63,925 bases of DNA, filler included, from Octopus bimaculoides (GCF_001194135.2; 5 parts of 5 records of this genome joined end to end with filler, not necessarily neighbours in it); one strand, 5' to 3'. Shown: positions 1 through 13,049, numbered from the whole stretch's first letter. The notes: generated from the letters alone by a model not told the origin. Numbers and translations are program-made.

Positions 1-65
<65 letters not shown>

Positions 66-100
66 GTGTATGTATATATATATATACATACATATATATG
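1..100. repeat. (TA)n / (TATG)n microsatellite
   Basis: Direct reading of the sequence. Confidence 0.98.
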
Positions 101-628
101 TGAGTGTGTGTGTGTGTGTGTCTGTGGTTTGCGCACGCGCAATTGTGTATAATTTGCTGTTCCCTTCCCGGTACAGCTATGTTATTCAAAGCTAAGCAGA
201 ATAACGTCCTTGTCGCCCTACGAGAACAGTCCCACTTTTTTGCTTTCAAATCGTGTGTTAATGCACCACGGTTTGGTGGCCCAAAATCTTCCATCATGTT
301 ATGAAATGCATTCCGGCCGCAGTCCACTTGTACAGTAAGTTCATGAATCCGTTAGTTGGCTCGTTACGGATGTGTCAGTGGTCGCATTTGAAGGGTCACA
401 CATTCTATGATTTGTATTCAGTCTTTGTTTTCTTTCCTTTAAACTTCTTCATACATCTGTGCACATTATTCTTGTCCATTATTCCATCTCTATAAACAAC
501 TCAAAAAATGGCGCGGTGTTTCTATTTGGGACCCATTATTTGCATGCAATGAAAAGCAGAGGAACAGAAAGGGAGGGTTGCTGAAAGGGAAGAGTTATCT
601 TAACAATGTGTGCAATTTGAACGACGTA

Positions 629-1569
629 CAATGTCTGATCAATATCCAGACTGTTGACATAGTAACGAAGCTAAAGCAGGCAGAGTAAAGTCGCTTGGCA
701 AAGATTGACCTTGAACTCTGTTAGAACGTCAAACCTTCGTGCATGCGCACTAAGTTATAACGTTGTAACTCATTTTGCTGTTTACAGCAGTACTTGGAAG
801 TAAGGTGTGTAGCGTCTTGTCGTCGCATTGGTCACAACAGAAAAAGTTGTCATAGGGATACTTGCACAGAGGCTTACGCAAAGTCGCAGAAAGTGTATGG
901 AGAGGAGTGTATGGAGAGGAGTGTATGGAGAGGAGTGTATGGAGAGGAGTGTATGAGCTGCACATAAGTTTACGAGTGATTCAGACGTTTCCAACATGGC
1001 TGAAAAATGTCGATATTGACGAACGTTCTGGGAGACACGCAACCAACAGAACTGAGAAAACGTCGGCGATGTGTGTGCAGCAGTAAAGGGAAATCGTCGA
1101 ATCACCATCCGTGAGTTATCAGAGGATGTGCAGATTAGTTACGGTTCAGTCCATTATCGCTGACGATGTGGGTATGAGACGCGTGTCTACCAAGTTTGTG
1201 TCAAAACTGCTTTTAGCTGATCAAAGGGATACTCAGGTTTCATTTGCATAAGATATCTTTGAATGTGTCGAGAACGATGAAAACATTTTGAAAACTTTGC
1301 GTAGACCTCTGAGCAGTTATCACCATGCTTTTGGTAAGATTTGATGCACATTCTCTACTCAACTTCCTCTGTCATCGTAAATGTGATGATCACACGCTAC
1401 ACACCTTCCTTCCAAGCACTGCACTAAACTGCGTAAGGGAAGTAGAACGTTAAAACTTAGTTAGCATGTATAGCAGAGCTGAAGGCCAAACTGTGTCAAG
1501 CATCTTCACTTTGTGTGCTTTACATTCGTTACTATAGCAACAGTCCGGATACGTATTGATCAGACCACG
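629..1569 (+). mobile_element. Non-autonomous mariner derivative with ~260-bp imperfect inverted arms and TA target-site duplication
   Basis: TA at 627-628 and 1570-1571. Termini caatgtctgatcaatatccagactg / cagtccggatacgtattgatcagaccacg are inverted. The interior encodes a decayed mariner HTH (EAYAKSQKVYGEEC...FRRFQHG.KNVDIDERSGR...RRITIRELSEDVQISYGSV...GMRRVSTKFVSKLL). Confidence 0.9.
892..955 (+). repeat. 14-bp tandem repeat (agtgtatggagagg x4 plus partial) inside the mariner transposase relic
   Basis: Direct reading; the unit corresponds to the transposase codons VYGEEC. Confidence 0.95.
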
Positions 1570-1611
1570 TATGCCAGTTATTGATATGCCCAACTTTTGG
1601 CACAACTTGCA

Positions 1612-1872
1612 AATACATACATACATACATACATACATACATACATACATACATGCATGCATGCATGCATACATACATACATTCATACATACATACATAC
1701 ATACATAGNNNNNNNNNNNNNNNNNNNNNNNNNNNNNNNNNNNNNNNNNNNNNNNNNNNNNNNNNNNNNNNNNGCAAATACATACATACATACATACATA
1801 CATACATACATACATACATGCATGCATGCATGCATACATACATACATTCATACATACATACATACATACATA
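1612..1872. repeat. (ATAC)n microsatellite spanning an N gap
   Basis: Direct reading; the same block appears on both sides of the gap. Confidence 0.95.
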
Positions 1873-1917
1873 GCTGCATGTATATTTACATATTTTCACA
1901 TGCATCCCTTGACCAAG

Positions 1918-2103
1918 GTTGCGTACATGAGGCTGATAACATCACAAGACTTGGGAGGCAGATCTTTGAGCAATATTCAATGTCTAAATCCATGCCCAAA
2001 GAATTCGCACGACTCCGCCGCAACGAATCATCAGATGAGCATATTGTTGATGTTGAAATTTCAGTGGAAGAGCCTAGGCTAGAAACCGGCTCTTTCTCTA
2101 ATG
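1918..2103 (+). CDS. Candidate internal coding exon (186 nt, phase 1-1), stalk with furin-type RLRR site, possibly of a TNF-superfamily-like ligand
   Basis: Acceptor ttcacatgcatcccttgaccaag|GTTGC and donor TAATG|gtaaga. Open, complex peptide CVHEADNITRLGRQIFEQYSMSKSMPKEFARLRRNESSDEHIVDVEISVEEPRLETGSFSN among microsatellites. The product name is inference. Confidence 0.65.
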
Positions 2104-3055
2104 GTAAGAAATCTTATAATGATATACATTCATACGCACACACACACAGATACGGACGTACACACACACAGACGCACACACACATTTGGTGATACAAACA
2201 GGATATATGCTACACATAGATACATATTTGCGTGTGAGGGTGGGGTGGGAGTTTTCTTTTCTGAAGTAAATATATTCAATTACTCGCTATACAAATGTAT
2301 GCATCATGTGTTGATTAAATAAACAATGATTTATCAATAGAATTTAGTATGTGTTATATTTCTTAATGCGTAATAGTAAATGTATGTATTTCATATATGA
2401 ATGTATGTAACACATATAATGTTATATATAATCGCAAGAAAATATGCATCCCTCTTTATGTATTAATTTCAATCATCTATATTGTAGAGAAGCAATTAGC
2501 ACCGTCTATGACGGAATGTATCCTTGACGATTTTGGTTCCAATCCGCTTGTTCTTAAAAAAGAAGCAATCTCAAATTTAAATAAAATATATTACTATAAC
2601 ATCAAGCAGATTCATGTTAACTGAATGTAATTGTTTCCAACCTACCTGATATATTAATAAATTTAGCAAATCAAGTCTGCTATTGAAAGTAACATTTCTT
2701 ATACAACGATAGATAATATATTAGTCTAATTTGATATATTACAAAGGAAACCAAATGTATATTATACACACAGTTCTTAACGTAATACCTATATGATACA
2801 TCTTAATGATATCCGAATTTTAGGTTGGTTTTAATGTAATCTTTATTGAAGTGTAGTTAAAACTACTCAGCTAGCCTATCTGAATTTAGCTCTGATAGAA
2901 AATCATTAAAATGTAAATACATTCTACGCTTTCAATAAATGCAAAGGAAAGGGAGAACCTCTTGACGGACCGTTTCGCAGTTTGTTGACGACTCTTCACG
3001 CAAAACGTACGCGAATTTTTTTCCGATTAATAACATAGACTATTCTTCCATAGTA

Positions 3056-3548
3056 CGAGGGTAATCCCAAAAGTAAGGTCTCCAAAGCGCTCAGGACGCA
3101 GGGAAACTGTGCGTGCGGCTATTGGCAACACTGTTGTGTTTCTCGTGCATGCGTTTGTAACTGCCACGCTCAGTCTTGGCTTGACAGTCGTATCTGTTGG
3201 AGCTCCTGATTGACGCTACCGGCAAGTGTGAAGTTCTCGCAGTTATTCAGTTTTTGAATGCAAAATGTATTAAACTGATTGAAATTCATCGCCAGTTAAC
3301 GGAGGTGTATGGCGAGTCGTGCATCGATGTGAAAAACATGTCAAGTGGCGTAGGGAGTTTGCAGCAGGTCGTACTGAAATTCATGACGAAGATGCGGGCG
3401 GCCATCAATTTCCGACGAGACAATCGCGAAGGTTGAGAAAATCCTGCGTGAAAATCGGCAGATCACATAGGATGATCTTCGCATTTTGTTTCCTAAGGTT
3501 TCCGGAAGACCCATTCATAGGGTTTTGAGTGAAGAGTTACAATATCGT
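3056..3548 (+). mobile_element. Mariner 5' fragment (left TIR plus HTH of transposase), 3'-truncated
   Basis: TA|cgagggtaatcccaaaagtaaggtctcc terminus; EVLAVIQFLNAK...IEIHRQLTEVYGESC...VKWRREFAAGRTEIHDE...ETIAKVEKILRENRQIT with frameshifts. Confidence 0.9.
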
Positions 3549-3705
3549 TGCTGTATGTATTTTATTAACTTTTTTAAAAACATATTTAACACTTAATTTT
3601 GCTTCATAATTTACATTATCTCGAAAGTGTCCGTTTTAAACGCAATCATTTTTTAACCGTATCAAACACGTTTAATGAAATTTCAGTTTCAAATTTCGCT
3701 TCAAA

Positions 3706-3888
3706 GCTAGCAATTTCTGAGAAGAGGCAAGTCAATTACATTGACCCCAGTACTTATTTTATCTACCCGGTAAGGATGAAAAGCAAAGTCAATCCAGACA
3801 GCATCTGAAGTCAGAATGTAAAGTCGGTAAAAAATGCCACAAATCATTTTGTTCGGCGCGGTAATGATTCTGTCTCCTCATCACCCTT
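3706..3888 (-). mobile_element. tRNA-derived SINE, family 1 (core GCCTTTCATCCTTTCGGGGTCGATAAATTAAGTACCAG), degenerate
   Basis: Aligns by eye with the copies at 7257 and 53834. Confidence 0.75.
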
Positions 3889-4275
3889 AAGTTCAATGAA
3901 ATATCACTAGCCTAAATTTGTTAGACGTATTGTACTAACTATACGAGGGCCTAAATGTCAATCATGCTTTCTAATTAACACAACCTTTCGCCAACTGTTT
4001 TCATTGAAATCGAAAGACACACATTCCAATTACTTTTGTATCTTAATATATTTCTAAAAGTCATTGTTTTATGATTTATATAACTGTGCGAACATATCTT
4101 TTTATCCTTTCTTCTTCTCCTTCATAACATTTCAATTGATGTTTATCTTACTTTTTGTTATTTAACTTGGTTTAATTAGTTCTATTTATTATTTCAACTT
4201 GAATCAACTTTATATTGTTCGCACAGTTATATAAATCATAAAACACTTGATCGCTTCTACTCAGAAACTTAACTG

Positions 4276-5060
4276 TTGTCTCCGTTTTTTACTCACCCAT
4301 ATTATATGTCATTCCATTACGCATTCCTGCAAATTGGAACCCTTCTATCAACATCAGAGAAGTACCTAACAATATGTGCAAGAAATACGGTTTTTACCCT
4401 TAAATGGAACGGCTCTCAACTCAGCCGTTGGAAACTCCAACTAGGCGCTAAAAACCAGTCAGTATCTCAAGAAAAACAAATTACCAACGGAAACACACTT
4501 CATTTACTACTTTTCTTAGTCCTAAATAAATGATCTTAACTCATTTCAAGTTGCCGGGACATATCAAAAGTCTTGTTAATCAAGTTGAAAGCCCACTCAC
4601 CATCGAATTACTGATGAACAATGAACAACAAGACCGAACACATCAAAAGGATTGGACGTCATCACCAGCACCATTAACCACGAAGTTTGCTCAAATGCAT
4701 CCTGAATTTTAGTCTGCTTGCTGATACTAGTCAAAAAAAGAAAGGATGTTATCGATGATAATGTTAGCCCCGTGATTAACACTAAAACGGATCAACTTGA
4801 ATATATCAGTTTGGGAGAGCGAATTGTTAAAAGGGGTGAACACGTGCGGACGCCATTTACAACACTACCACCCACTTGGCTAATTCTGCAGCAAAACTAC
4901 CTTCCGACATCAGTTTATGAACGGACGTCACCAAAATCTCTAACGAACACGAGACCAGTCACCTGATCAATCATTTGACTAACACGGCCATTTAAAAGGT
5001 GCTTAACGCTTTTAGATAGGGTGATGAGAGTGATGAGTGCTTTTTGACTAAACGTCGATG
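4276..5060 (+). mobile_element. Possible highly decayed Penelope-like element relic
   Basis: Broken ORFs (KYLTICARNTVFTLKW...KLQLGAKNQ) loosely recall PLE N-terminal regions; a degenerate HHR-like motif follows at 5030-5056. Confidence 0.3.
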
Positions 5061-5139
5061 GCATGAAAACTTATTTCATGGAAGAAACAAAATAATCCGC
5101 TTTGCTTAAACACTAATACACACAAAGTGGCACGCACAA

Positions 5140-5150
5140 AGACACACACA

Positions 5151-5228
<78 letters not shown>
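5140..5228. repeat. (CA)n microsatellite
   Basis: Direct reading. Confidence 0.98.
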
Positions 5229-5233
<5 letters not shown>

Positions 5234-5746
5234 ACACATATATTTTAGAGTTCAGAATATACCAACATCTGTATACGAATGAATGTGTGTTGCAATGTTT
5301 AGTGCTTCTGCATTAGGATGGTGGATGATATGAGACAAATCTTTATAATTCAATCCATATAATTTCTAGACATTATTAAATGAAATACTGAGATTATATA
5401 GAAGCGTTCGTAAGGAGGGAATCTTAACTAACCGACTATAAACATTCGTATTCACATTAAATCATAGATGAAAACTTTAATGATTTAACCCGTCCATTAT
5501 CTGTTCATCTTTATGATTTTATTATTATTTTTTTTGCTTATTATCTTATTTTCTTTCCATCTATTTTTCACTCCCTTAGTTTTCACATAATCTCTCTTTT
5601 TTTTTTCAAACACTCGCCAAACTTTATATTATTTTTACGTGGATCTTTCTTCTCCACCCACCCCCTTTATTTTCTCGCATTCACACTTTTATAGACATTG
5701 ATAATATCTTCTCAAAAATAAAATTCACACATATAAACACACACAT

Positions 5747-5782
<36 letters not shown>

Positions 5783-5798
5783 GCGCGCNNNNNNNNNN

Positions 5799-5838
<40 letters not shown>

Positions 5839-6254
5839 GAACACACGCATGCACATTCTTTCTATCAATCTTTTCTTTTCTCTCACACCAGAAGACATCC
5901 CCACGCTGCCTTACTTTCCGCTATTTTCATTCATACTCACCTAACCACACATAACATTGTTCATATATACTTACCTTTTGGCTCCTTAAATCCCTCACGG
6001 CCCCACTTACTCCACATAAGCAGAAACACAGTTTCAATTCTATGTTACTATGCTATGATCTTGAACTAATTTGGCATTAATGTTTCTAATATAAATCGTA
6101 AGTTAATATACTGTCTGATAATAAAAGTATATAAAAATATTTCTCCCTAATAAAAGGACAGTTCATACTGGCGCACAGATTATTTGGCTTGCATAGGAAA
6201 TAGAAATAAAAAGTAATTGGTAAAGGCATTATATTCTTCCTTACACGTTGCTAG

Positions 6255-6284
6255 TTATTCGAAAATTAGCTGTCAGCTGTCAAG
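6255..6284 (+). CDS. Candidate 30-nt micro-exon (phase 1-1)
   Basis: Acceptor ttcttccttacacgttgctag| and strong donor CAAG|gtgagt. Open frame (V)IRKLAVSCQ joins exons 1918-2103 and 14729-14813 in frame. Confidence 0.5.
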
Positions 6285-7256
6285 GTGAGTAAAAACAGTG
6301 TCAATAGAAGAGAAAGGAACTTCCCCATCCCAATAATGAATAGGAAGCAAACAGAACCAAAAAGGTGGGGTGAATCAGCATTGTAAGTGTTGATCTTTAG
6401 GTTTAGCTTGAAAGCTTAATAAAATTGGTATTTGAATATAAATTATATGTTACCAGCTGCCAACTAATAAAATAGAAAATAAGAATATTGGCATTTGCTA
6501 TACAAATCATGGCAAGAAAGTGCAGAATAAAAGAATACACCTCATCGCCTAGTTTCGATTTCCTGTCAGCTGTTACTTTATATACTTCAATGCTCTTGGA
6601 AGAGAGGCATGAATGTTACAGTTTCCCCGTTTTCACTTTCTCAATAAATGTGTTTCGTCAGAGCTTAATGGTTTGAGTGTCGAAGTAACACGGCTTTGCT
6701 TACATTTGCACTCAGTAGAACGGTTTGTTTTGGACATTTTTATATAAAAATTTGGGTCAGTTTTAATGCACAGATCTTAGAGAACTTTTGTTAATAAAAA
6801 GAGCGGGAAATTTGCTTTAAATTCTATAGATGCGCTAACCCGCACCAATTCTTAAGCGATTAAGCTCTACAGATGTAGAAGTATTAGTTTTAGAAATATG
6901 TTATCTCTAGATGTATGCTAATTTAATAATTACGTTAGTTCAACAGATATGGTAGCTATATCTATGTATTCAATCTATGAATAGTCCTACGTATTATTCC
7001 TACAGTTATTGAAGTGATTGGTAGATTGTCAGTGTTTATAAATTCTCTAGAGATATATTCTGTGTAGGTTGCACTACAGCCCACATCTTTGTTCTTCTAA
7101 GGCTCTACTACAGACTCTATTAAGATATCAAAATGCATTAAAGAACAACTATAAGCGAAGACAGATACATTAGCAGGAACACCTTGGCGTTGCGTATGTC
7201 CTCTCAGCAATACCGGTGAGAACGAACCATATGTCTGCGACAGTATATTTCTGAAT

Positions 7257-7490
7257 TAGGGCGGCGACCTGGCATAATCGTTAACACCCCCGGCGAACTA
7301 CCTAGCGGTATTTCGTCAGCCGTTACGTTCTGAGTTCAAATTCCGCCGTGGTCAACTTTGGCTTCCGTTTTTTCGGGGTCGATTAAATAAGTACCAGTTA
7401 CGCACTGGGGTCGATGTAATCGACTTAATCCCTTTGTCTGTCCTTGTTTGTTCCCTCTATGTTTAGCGCCCCTGTGGGCAATAAAGAAAT
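7257..7490 (+). mobile_element. tRNA-derived SINE, family 1, near full length
   Basis: ggcggcgacctggcataatcgttaacac...gagttcaaattcc (B-box-like)...ggggtcgattaaataagtaccag...aataaagaaata tail. Confidence 0.9.
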
Positions 7491-8961
7491 AACAATTTTT
7501 CTGAAGTATTTTCGATAAATTTTCTAAACACATTGGCACATAACAGAGAGAGAAAAAATAGCAGTAGGAATAGATGTTCTCTCAGATACCAATACTATCT
7601 TCTTTAAACTCACACAAACGCACTCATAGAAATAGCTTTGTGGTAAAATTTTAGCGATGGTACAATAACTCTTACAAACAAATCACGAAATGGATTAAAT
7701 TTTCTAAGACGTTTACAAGTGTCCGGAAGCGTGTCTCTGGAGTAAACCACATCCGTTACCTGGAAAATATCGCGAACGAAGCAGAGACGCGTCCTCATAT
7801 TCATTAATCAAAACTGAGACGTTACGTGTATTGGATAAACATATTTGAGCCCTGGATATATAAACGGATAATACAAGGGTCAGCGAACATTCAACTGTGA
7901 AAGAGGCGTACCAATATGGCTATCGAAATGACGGGTATCACCTAAAGAACAAACAATAAAATGAAAATAAATGTAATAATAATAATCTAGAAGAAACTGT
8001 TTTCATCGATACTTTAGTTCTGAAAATATGTTTGGCTTAGCTGTACAAATATTTTATTTCTACAAAGAAGTTAGTTTTACGTTAGTTTACCGAGACGTTT
8101 ATCTTTAGAAAGATCTTACTTTTACAGATGAGTTAACTCCACATATGTCTTTAGAAATATGTCGGTTCAAAAGATACGTTCGTTCTACAGATAATTTAGA
8201 AATGTGTTAGTTCAAAAGATACGTTAATACAAGTATGTCACTGATTCGCTTAGTCAACATAGGTGGTTATATTCAAGTATTCGTTTAATACCAACTTCTA
8301 ACATGTTCTGTAAATATTGGAGAGTTTCTCATGCACGGACAGTCTTTTTATAGGTCGAGTACATTATAACACTACTATTCTTTGATATCAATATTTTTGC
8401 AACTGCTGGCGATTTTGAATGAATAATGTAGTAGAAAAGTGTGGCTGTACTGAGGTAGAAAGCAAACTATTATAATATTTTAATCATATTTTCCTTAATA
8501 TAGAACTTATATAGAATATTTTTTTAAGTCATGAGCACATATTTGATTATTTTGTGAAAACGTTTGCGTATTTCTTGCACCTGACCAGAATATCTCAATG
8601 ATGTTCTTTCAATTATATTCATAACAGTGACAACTGATGGAGTTCTAGAAGATGGCTAAATACTTAAAGAATGATAAAAAACATCATCTGACAATCCTAT
8701 AGAATTGTACAGACAGTATATAGAAAAACTTACAATCCCATAGAATCGTAGAGAGAGTATATCTGTGGAAGTGGACAGAATGACTTGAAGATTACGATTT
8801 CCATTAGTAATTCCAAACATCTATGTGAATAACAAGCTGAAGTCATGTATTTGACCTAGTTAAACTTATATAAACCTAGATATGTTTCGACCAAAGATTG
8901 GTCCAGGCCATGTCTAACTTAATAGCACCACCTGATAGGATTATCTAAATCCTTTTTACAG

Positions 8962-9372
8962 TCAAGTTTTGCTTATGGTCCATTCAAGTAGTGAGTTCTT
9001 ATTGAGTGAGTTGTATCCAGGTATGGGTGGCTTGTCAGGTATTCCTTGAAGAAATCTGTCTAGAATTCGTTTAAAGCTGATAGGATCCGTTTCCTCTTTT
9101 ATCTGTTTCGGGACAATGTTAAACAGGACAGGACCTGTTGAGGTAAAGAAATTATGCCGCAGTGTACCTATATGTTGTGATCCTGAATTGGGCAGAGGAC
9201 GTATGGCCCGTGGTCCCAGCCCTGGATGAACCTTGAAACTAATGTTCAGGTCGTTTGGGTAATGTTGACGGTATATTGTCCACATCGTGCAAATGATGTA
9301 CCGCTCGCGGCGGCGCTGGAGAGAGTAGAGCTTCAAGGCTTTAAGGCGGTCCCTGTAATCAAGATCAGTCAT
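8962..9372 (-). mobile_element. CR1/L2-group LINE, C-terminal end of the RT ORF (5'-truncated)
   Basis: LDYRDRLKALKLYSLQRRRERY...GPVLFNIVP...FKRILDRFLQGIPDKP. Confidence 0.9.
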
Positions 9373-10131
9373 GCCTTCAATTATACAGATAACATAATCG
9401 TTCTATGTTTAAATATTATTGGACAATATAAAACTGCGTACATAATTATAAGCAATTGACATTATAGAAAGGAAACTATGTTCACTTCCAAATGGACTGG
9501 TTCTTTGCACACAAGTATAAAGAAAACCATATTCAAGCATACTGGTCCACTGCAGAGAGACATAAATCAAGACACAATATCCCTTGTAGTCTGTATCATC
9601 TTTGGGTTCTACTATCATTATGGTTCTTCCAACGAAGAGATAATAGGGCAATCTACTAATCGAAGGAAGTATTCCTGAATAACATATATTCCCCATAATC
9701 AATATTGCCTGTTAGTCATTCTTAAGAGTAACTCTTTGAATCAACATACTCTGTTATTCCACACTCTTTTATCGTATACGTTTATAATCACCAAAAGTCA
9801 CGGAAATATTGATATATCACGTTTAGCAAAAGTAATGAAGTTATAATATACACGACTGATGAAAAACCTAGTTGTCCGTGCATCAGAAACGCTCAAATAC
9901 AAAAATTAAGCAGAAGTTGGTACTAAACAAATACTTGAATGTTGATTAATCGAATCAGTGAAACACTTGTATTAACTTAGTTTTTGATCTAATATATCTG
10001 TAAATTATCTGCAGAACTAGTTCAATACAGGGTTAACGACCACTGCAGTCTGCATAAATTCTGAATTATGATGCCTCCAGCAAGGATATAAGTTTCCATA
10101 AAGAAGTCTATCAGTCAAAAAATCATTCCTG

Positions 10132-10189
<58 letters not shown>

Positions 10190-10854
10190 GCCACAATCCA
10201 TAATGCGTGTCTGACATTCATAAGAATAAATCCATATTATTCCATATTGTGTTGTAACATTATTATTGTAATGTTTTGTCGGAGATTACTTAGCGATTTC
10301 GTGGTCAGCATAACGTGAGAACACCATTCATGAGCAACAAGGCAACTCACAGCTGTCTCACAAGCATTCAACCTATTCAAATGTTGGTATAATTGGAATG
10401 AGAAAAGAAAATCATACATAACATCCTATGCGTTATTGACAAAGCTTACAAAAGTGTAACAATGCGTTTCAGAATCATCAGAATTGCAGGATGCTGGAAA
10501 GCTATGACAGAGTTGAAAGAAAACAGCCAAGAATAGTTCCATTGTTTGGTGTTAACATTGAAATAATGTGTCAATATGGAAGTTAATTACGATTGTAGAC
10601 AAGCCAATAATACGGAGACCACCACGAAAACCAAAAATATTTACATATGATGCAAGCTGAGACCAAGTAATTAAACATAAAGCTATTTAATAGACACTGC
10701 GGTTACTTTTAACAAAAAATGTATTGGAGTACTTTTTAATAGTTTTTTAGTCACTGGACTGCGCCAATGCTGCAGCATTCGTGTTGAACAATTTAGTCGA
10801 TGCTATCAACTACTTTGAATATTAATTTCAACTTAAAGTATGAGTCCATCAGTT

Positions 10855-11030
10855 TTGGGGAAGGGTCCAAGTCAGTTACATCGCCCCCAGTGGTCAAGTG
10901 GTACTTATTTTATCGACACCGAAAGAATGAAAGGCGAAGTCGATGAAATTTGAATTCAGAACGTAAAGTCGGGAGAAATGCTGTGAAGCATTTTGTCCGG
11001 CGTGTTAACAACTTGGCCAGCTTGAGGCCC
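10855..11030 (-). mobile_element. tRNA-derived SINE, family 1
   Basis: Reverse complement of the family-1 head and core. Confidence 0.8.
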
Positions 11031-11152
11031 TACGACCACTTGAAATATTACAGTCACGTGTTTACATCCGATGCTGAAGTCATCATGTTTTCAACCACAA
11101 AGGGACGCCACTCGATAAAGCAGTCTATGTACACACACGCGCGTGCGTGCGG

Positions 11153-11186
<34 letters not shown>

Positions 11187-11689
11187 NNNNNNNNNNNNNN
11201 NNNNNNNNNNNNNNNNNNNNNNNNNNNNNNNNNNNNNNNNNNNNNNNNNNNNNNNNNNNNNNNNNNNNNNNNNNNNNNNNNNNNNNNNNNNNNNNNNNNN
11301 NNNNNNNNNNNNNNNNNNNNNNNNNNNNNNNNNNNNNNNNNNNNNNNNNNNNNNNNNNNNNNNNNNNNNNNNNNNNNNNNNNNNNNNNNNNNNNNNNNNN
11401 NNNNNNNNNNNNNNNNNNNNNNNNNNNNNNNNNNNNNNNNNNNNNNNNNNNNTAAATGGAACCCCAGCATGTTTTATCGATTTTGGATGTGTCCTTAACC
11501 AATAGTATTTGGAGCATAGAAAATAAATAATTTGGCATTACTAAATTTTAAGGCCAGTTTTTTTTTCTTATTTCTTGCCCGATGATGTGATGGCAGTCTC
11601 TCGAAGTTCGCGAAAACCGTTTAGTAATTTCTTGCTGCACTGTTCGCATAAATGATTAGTTTATTGTGAGCAAGTCTATGTTTTGTACA

Positions 11690-11870
11690 CTAGCTCACGT
11701 GCTCCATCAAATCAACGTAGCCTATTATAGGTGCACGGTGTACCACACAGTTACCTGTCCAAGTGATGCAGAGTAACATGAGATGAAGTGAATTGCTCTA
11801 GAGCAGAACACTCCCACCCGGTCTAAGGATTGAAACCACGATCTCACCATCGTGAATACTGCAGTCTAAC
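11690..11870 (-). mobile_element. tRNA-derived SINE, family 3, degenerate
   Basis: Similar to the copy at 15040-15232. Confidence 0.65.
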
Positions 11871-12004
11871 TGCCCTTTCGAACCCGGAACCTCTACATCA
11901 ACAGACATTCAGGTAAATGTTGGTGTATGTACGTATGTATACATGCACGCATGAATATGTATGTAGGCATATGTCTATATAAGGGTGTGTATATATAGTT
12001 GACA

Positions 12005-12150
12005 TTTATAGAAAAACAAAAGTAGAAGACAGGTGTATGAACAACAAGCAAGTATATTAGTTTGACACTCGGGAAAATGAAAACGTTTTTTATGTTTCGA
12101 GCCAACGCTCTTCAGCAGAAAGGAATAAGAGAAAATAAATTAAGAGAAAT
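12005..12150 (-). mobile_element. ~180-bp repeat, family 5, with HHR-like core at 12087-12122
   Basis: Homologous to 21500-21670 and 43119-43296. Minus strand reads CTTT CTGCTGA A GAG cgttgg CTC GAA ACAT A AAAA. Confidence 0.8.
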
Positions 12151-12204
12151 AAAAGCAACTTGTGGGTTTAGCGCTCTAGTATAGCGACTATATATATATA
12201 TTCT

Positions 12205-12545
12205 TTTAATTGTTTTAGTCATTTGACTGTGGCCATGCTGGAGCACCGAATTTAGTGAGTAAATCGACCCCAGGACTTATTCTTTGCAAGTCTAGTACTT
12301 CTTCTATCGGTCTCTCTTGCCGAACCGCTATGTTACGAGGACGTAAACACACCAGCATCGGTTTTCAAGAGGTGTTGGGGGTGGGGGGACAAACACAGAA
12401 ACAAACATATACATACATAAATATATATACGATGGACTTCTTTCAGTTTCCGTCTGCCAAATCCACTCACAAGTCTCGGTCCGAGGCTATAGCAGAAGAA
12501 ACTTGGCCAAGGTGTCACGCAGGGGGATTGAACCCGGAACGTCGG
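12205..12545 (-). mobile_element. tRNA-derived CORE-like SINE, family 2, with internal microsatellite
   Basis: Minus strand ccgggttcaatccccctgcgtgacaccttggccaagtttcttctgctatagcctcgg...gtggatttggcagacggaaactgaaagaag; 3' half ends ccagcatggccacagtcaaatgac. Confidence 0.85.
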
Positions 12546-12554
12546 CAATTTCAG

Positions 12555-12716
12555 GGGAGTGGATAAATCAATTACATCGATTTTAGTGCTCAACTGCTTC
12601 TTATTTTATCGACCCCGAAAGGCTGAAAGGCAAAGTCGACGTTGGCGGAGATTGAACTCAGGAGGTTAAAAGGGATGAAATGCTGCTAAGTATCATGTCC
12701 GACATGCTAACGATTT

Positions 12717-12718
<2 letters not shown>
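12555..12718 (-). mobile_element. tRNA-derived SINE, family 1
   Basis: ttttatcgaccccgaaaggctgaaaggcaaagtcgac...gaactcag. Confidence 0.8.
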
Positions 12719-12757
<39 letters not shown>

Positions 12758-13049
12758 GCATACATACATGCACACCCACACAGACACAAACGAACACACA
12801 CACGTATATAAATATACATACATCATATATACACACACATACACACACAAACAAGAAAACACATACACACACGCGCAGACAAACAACAATCCACCCACAC
12901 GCGCTGCAGAGCAAATATGATTCCTGATTATTTAAGGGGATATTGAACTGTTATCAAGAATATGTTTAATAAAATTGAAAATCAAAATGACTTCAGAAGT
13001 GATAATGGAAACAATAAAACATTCCATTTTTCATATCAAACATCATTGT

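Noticed and set aside
104-540. Complex sequence with two short ORFs
   Set aside because: No recognisable protein motif, termini or splice pattern in any frame.
1609-1872. Direct repeat of the ATAC block on both sides of the gap
   Set aside because: The identical sequence flanking an N run is most likely an unmerged contig overlap.
2965-3002. Minus-strand gTGAAGA...GAAACGGTC
   Set aside because: C3 is missing, stem II is poorly paired and there is no stem I.
7647-7731. AG/GT-bounded open segment DGTITLTNKSRNGLNFLRRLQVSGSVSL
   Set aside because: Phase 2-2 does not fit between the phase-1 exons, and the splice signals are weak.
8875-8920. Minus-strand GACC-loop-GGTC-GAAACAT at the CR1 3' side
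   Set aside because: It has a stem and GAAAC but no CUGANGA core.
9851-9895. CTGATGA...GAAACGC near the CR1 fragment
   Set aside because: The intervening sequence forms no stem II, and there is no stem I.
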